DNA of 64,000 nucleotides, taken from Octopus sinensis (lineage: Eukaryota). The position numbers and the translations under genes were made by a program. The stretch spans positions 63,922,001 to 63,986,000 of the forward strand of contig NC_042998.1 of assembly GCF_006345805.1 (NCBI RefSeq). The letters are read 5' to 3'. The notes beneath the pieces are model-generated. The model saw only the letters and a list, made by a program, of their open reading frames with translations, had not been told where the DNA came from and searched no databases. Positions 59,551-64,000 of the stretch are shown in pieces. Within the stretch, counting starts at the first letter, position 1, and the number at the start of each line of letters is the position of its first letter.

Positions 59551-59729
59551 CTGGATGGTTTTAACATTAAATATGTAATTATACTTCACGGAATGTAATA
59601 CGGAGCAACTTAATAACAGTAAGGAAAGAATCAAAATGTAAACAGTCATCGCAGTGTCAACGGTATTAAGAAAGATTACTTTATCAACAATGCAAACGGC
59701 ATTTTTCTCGACAACAGTATTGGAAAGTT
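59551..59729 (-). CDS. Candidate exon (179 nt), possibly a first coding exon with a signal peptide (ATG at 59649)
   Basis: Acceptor ttttctcctctctgcggtttag and donor cag|gtaaag; open throughout; MTVYILILSLLLLSCSVLHSVKYNYIFNVKTIQ. Confidence 0.3.
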
Positions 59730-59909
59730 CTAAACCGCAGAGAGGAGAAAATAACGTATAAATTGTATTCTTCACAAAAAAGAATATTTTAATTGTTTAT
59801 TATTTTAAAACAATATGTTGCTAAGCATAAACAGTTTCCGGCAAATTTCACTGGGAATTTTGAAACAATATATAATAATTTGAGTGGAAAAACATATTCA
59901 TATATTTTC

Positions 59910-60289
59910 GTGGCACTCTGTTAGTTACGACGACGAGGGTTTACAGTCGATCCGATTAACGGAACAGTCTGCTCATAAGATTAACGTGTAAGAGGCTGAG
60001 TACTCCACAGACACGTGTACACTTAATGTAGTTCTAGGGAAACTTCAGCGTATCACAGTGAGACAAGGGTGGCCCTTTGAAATACAGGTACAGCAGAAGC
60101 AGGAAGAAAGAGTGAGAGAAAGTTGGTGTGAAAGAGTACAGCAAGGTTCACCGCCACCCCCTACCTGAGCTTCGTAGAGTTTTAGGTGTTTTCGCTCAAT
60201 AAACACTCACGACGCTCAGTCTGTGGATCGAAACTGCGATCCTACGACCGCGAGACCCCTGTTATAGCCACCAGACAATTGCACTTCTA
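59910..60289 (-). mobile_element. SINE type C, tail 1
   Basis: Reverse complement of the type C consensus. Confidence 0.88.
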
Positions 60290-60309
60290 CTATTGATATA
60301 TAATTGTTT

Positions 60310-60510
60310 CTACTCTAGGCACAATGCCCGAAATTTAAGCGAAGGATGCCAGTCGATTAGATCGATTGCAGTAGGCAACTGGTACTTAATTTATCGACCC
60401 CGAAAGGCAAAATCGGCCTTGGATGAATTTGAACTTGCAACGTAAAGAAAGACGAAATACCACTAAGCATTTCGCCCGGCGTGCAAACGTTTCAGCCAGC
60501 TGGCTGCCTT
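60310..60510 (-). mobile_element. SINE type B, tail 2
   Basis: ggtacttaatttatcgaccccgaaagg...gacgaaataccactaagcatttcgcccggcg. Confidence 0.85.
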
Positions 60511-60807
60511 TCCATCTTTGATATATATAATGAGAGAAATATAAGTGTTACGCACTATAATTTACAGGAAATTATACGTAAAAATATATGAATATATACA
60601 TTTGTGTGTATGGTGTAGTGTAAATCCAATTTAAGTTATATGTATGGAATACTATATCCTAAGCAGATTAAAAGCAAACATAAAATAAACTCAGAAAATA
60701 AAGTTAAATATTTAAACCTTAGTAGTTTTATGTTAACGAATTAATGCATTGTTGTTTGTTTCTGGATATAAGCATCAATAAATGCACTTTTACATATTAG
60801 GAAGCTT

Positions 60808-60975
60808 CAGGCTGCGAGCTGGCTGAATTGTACGCGCGTCTTTTGGTTCTCAATTCAAATTCCACCGAGGTCGAGTTGGCCTTTTATCTTTCCGAGATCA
60901 AATGATATAAGTGCTGGTTGAGCAGTGGGCTTAATGTACCCAAAGTTTCAAGCCATCTGCCTATAATAGAAAGAA
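60808..60975 (+). mobile_element. SINE type B, highly diverged
   Basis: ggctgcgagctggctgaa...ttcaaattccaccgaggtcgagttggcctttt. Confidence 0.6.
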
Positions 60976-61336
60976 TGTATTAGGGAAAATAACCTAAAGA
61001 TCATGGATTCCATTGAGGGACGGGGTTGTGCATCGCTTTCTTGAGGAAAACAGTTCATCTCTCTTTACTTGACGTGTGTTAAACCACGTACCTGTTCAGG
61101 CAATGTTGATTTGATTGAGAGAGTGAACTAATGTACGGCACGAATATTTGATCGGTATAAACAAATCATTAATGCAGACTTTTCAGCAAGTAATTGTAGA
61201 ACCGTCTTCGTCGGACCACGAAAGACAAACTATTATGCATAAATTTTGCAAATGATAGTAAAATAATAGACTGTTATAACATAAAAGATTTTCTATCGTG
61301 TTCTTAGGGTTTATTTAATCTGTAAGTTGATTTTAT

Positions 61337-61630
61337 GTGGAGGCACATGACCTAGTAGTTAGAGCAACGGACTAGCGGTCGAGGGATCTCGGGTTCGAAT
61401 CTCGGACCGGGCGATGTGTATGTTTATAAGCGAAACACCTAAGCTCCACGCGGCTCCGACAGGAGGTAACTGCGAACTTCTGCTGATTCTTTCACCACAA
61501 CTTTCTCTCACTCTTTCCTCCTGAATCTTTGAGCTCACCTGCGACGGACCGGTGTCCCGTCCAAATGGGGAACCTATACGCCAAGGAAACCGGGAAACCG
61601 GCCCTTATGAGCCAGACATGGCTCCAGAAA
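61337..61630 (+). mobile_element. SINE type C head with alternative tail 2
   Basis: gtggaggcac...gcgaaacacctaagctccacg...ctatacgccaaggaaaccgggaaaccggccc. Confidence 0.85.
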
Positions 61631-62499
61631 TCATTGATACTTTCGGTACTAGTAAATAAAGTACGTGTTAAAAGCAGAGATACTGGAAGAAATGGATAAG
61701 ATAGAATGCAAGAGAATAAATCTTTGAGTGTGCACTTTGAGAAAGTCTAGTATAAGAAGCCAATAGTCGAAGCAAGGAATGGAGATCAACTGATGATAGA
61801 TAGTAATATAGATACAACAGGTAAACATGCAAAACTGGCCTTATGTTCAAAGAGATATAAGCGCATACTTAAAGACTTGTCTGGAGGATGATACTCGGAA
61901 ATGATTCTGCGAGAAGGATTACAAATAAAATGGCTAAATTTCGGACAGGCAGAACAAATCTAGTTCCTGAACTATAAGCATTTGTTGGAAGTCCTGTAAG
62001 TGATATAGATGTTCAAGAGGGCATACTCGACATTTTTGGGACCTGTTGATATAGGGCCTGGTTTTTGAGAAGGTTTTTGAGAAGATTTACTCTGCAAACG
62101 TAATGACGAAGGGGTCAGTTTTGACATCAAATGACTGCATTTCATAAATACATCTTTTCGGAATTTGAAAGTAGATGACCAGACACTTAGTGAACAATTA
62201 ACATCATGCTTACGTCTGTTTCACTCTCTCACTTATGTTTTACTCCTAATCTTCTCCCTTACCAGTGTCTCTTGTTTATATAAACGTCATCAACTCAAAT
62301 GACAACTGGCAAACGGTCTTGTTCTCAAATTGAAAAATGTTGAGATAATTATTACTTTCACCAGCAGACCTGAATAGCTGTATTTAAGAATATTTGTGCT
62401 TTTTTATGATCACATTATATATATATATATATATAATATATATATATATGTACATGTTTATGCATGTGTGAGGATATGAATATCATTGTATTTTTTTCA

Positions 62500-62690
62500 C
62501 AAACCACTTGAGGAACGACGTTTATCTGTTTGCGCTTCGCAATCTATCGATTCAGCAATAAGAGGCGATAGAATAACTTTTACACTTGAGAAAAATAAGC
62601 AATTTGTTCAACTAAAACTGAGATGGTTGTGTCTCGGCATGACTGCTGTCAAATGACTGAGACGAGCAAACTGATAAAACAATAAAATAA
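62500..62690 (+). mobile_element. SINE type A, diverged 3' half
   Basis: gcgatagaataac...ggcatgactgctgtcaaatgactgagacgag. Confidence 0.6.
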
Positions 62691-64000
62691 TTTTCGAAAC
62701 GGAATGATAATCTCAGTATAAATTCCTCGATACTTTATCGATTTCACATTCATCTGATCAGTCATATAATAGTTGTCTAAGTGGAAATACTAACAATTAT
62801 TGATAATTTTGTATTTGTTCAAGTGGACTCATTGTAGCTAATTGAAAAATTGTTGCATTTTATCAATTTATGCATTCAAAGAAATAGAATTATTGGCATA
62901 TATCTTTCCCTTAATCCTTGCATGAATTCTTCAAATCTTTGAATTTTTCAAATAGAGAAATGAATGTAATTATATATCAGATATCGTTTATTTGATAGTC
63001 TAATAAAAGGAATCGGAATCCAGCAGGCTTTGATTCAGAAATATTTATATCAGAATAAAATGCAGACCATAGAAATGTAACTTAAGAGCATGATTCATAC
63101 GATCATATATTATACTTCATTGTTAGCGAAAGCAAATAATTATACAAGAAACCACACCTATCATTGTAATGTAGTCCAACATTTCTCTGTGAAAAATAAC
63201 TCATAGAATAAAGCAGGCGGAGTCAAATTTTGAAACGGACTTTTTTTTTTATTTTTGTGTTCTCTAACAAATTCCTAATTGTTTACTTTGCACTAAGAAA
63301 CCCGAACAAGACTCTTTTCTTTTACTTCGATTTCATTCTTAATTGATACAGGCTTTCTGTTTTCTGTTAAGTCTGTTCGAGTGAAGCATTAGAATTCAAA
63401 TGAATTAGATTTAATGTACGTCTTGTTTTCTTTATGAAACTATATTTCGAAAATATAAACAATTTCGCAAAGAACCACAGCAGAAATGTTTTGATGTGTT
63501 TCGTTATAAAATAGTATTTACGTCCATATTGAAGTAAACTATTAGTGATTAGAGAAGTAGAAGCGGTAAAATCAATTGTAAGAAATAACGTAAAGAATAA
63601 GTTAACAGTATGAGGAAAGTCGATTCATAAAGGAAATCCGATTTGAACTAAAATGAACTCAAACTAGTTACATTATCGAATAAATCTAAATCTTAATGTT
63701 GTGACATTGATGACATTTTATTTTCAGAATTTATCTAAATAGTATTTTAGATAAATTAAATAATCCATTTGCATTTGATTATGAATATATTGGAAATACG
63801 GAGATCACCACCTAGGTCATGTATTTTAGGTTTAGTCTATGGTTCAAAAAGGTTAGTACAAATTGTATAGTATGCTCGAAAAATTGGTATTAATATGTTG
63901 AAATATGAAATGGATACATGCATTTCAATGAAATAACCAGAAGGAATAAAGGAAGAAGCATACACGTAAAAGGAAGAAACATACACCTTCAAATATCATG

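Overview
AT-rich eukaryotic DNA saturated with repeats. The SINE families and microsatellite load suggest an Octopus/cephalopod genome (inference from recalled repeat families, no search run). I could not identify an intact host gene; there are only a few low-confidence exon candidates on both strands. The window holds at least five tRNA-derived SINE types (labelled A-E here) and a disabled CR1-clade LINE retaining essentially all of ORF2, plus two short CR1 3' fragments. It also contains R4-like and L1/Tx1-like LINE fossils, Tc1 and mariner remnants, a non-autonomous Helitron, a hAT MITE with a perfect 8-bp TSD, other MITEs and foldbacks, and long microsatellites. Most listed ORFs are microsatellite or SINE artefacts. 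The most notable signal is a set of minimal, Penelope-type hammerhead-ribozyme (HHR) motifs. One (50544-50650, minus) has all catalytic core nucleotides intact. Another family is carried as the tail of a tRNA-headed SINE (type D) that recurs in inverted and palindromic arrangements. A second clear signal is that SINE A shares its 3' stem-loop tail with the CR1 LINE, whose two copies are nested in the central microsatellite of one SINE A copy.
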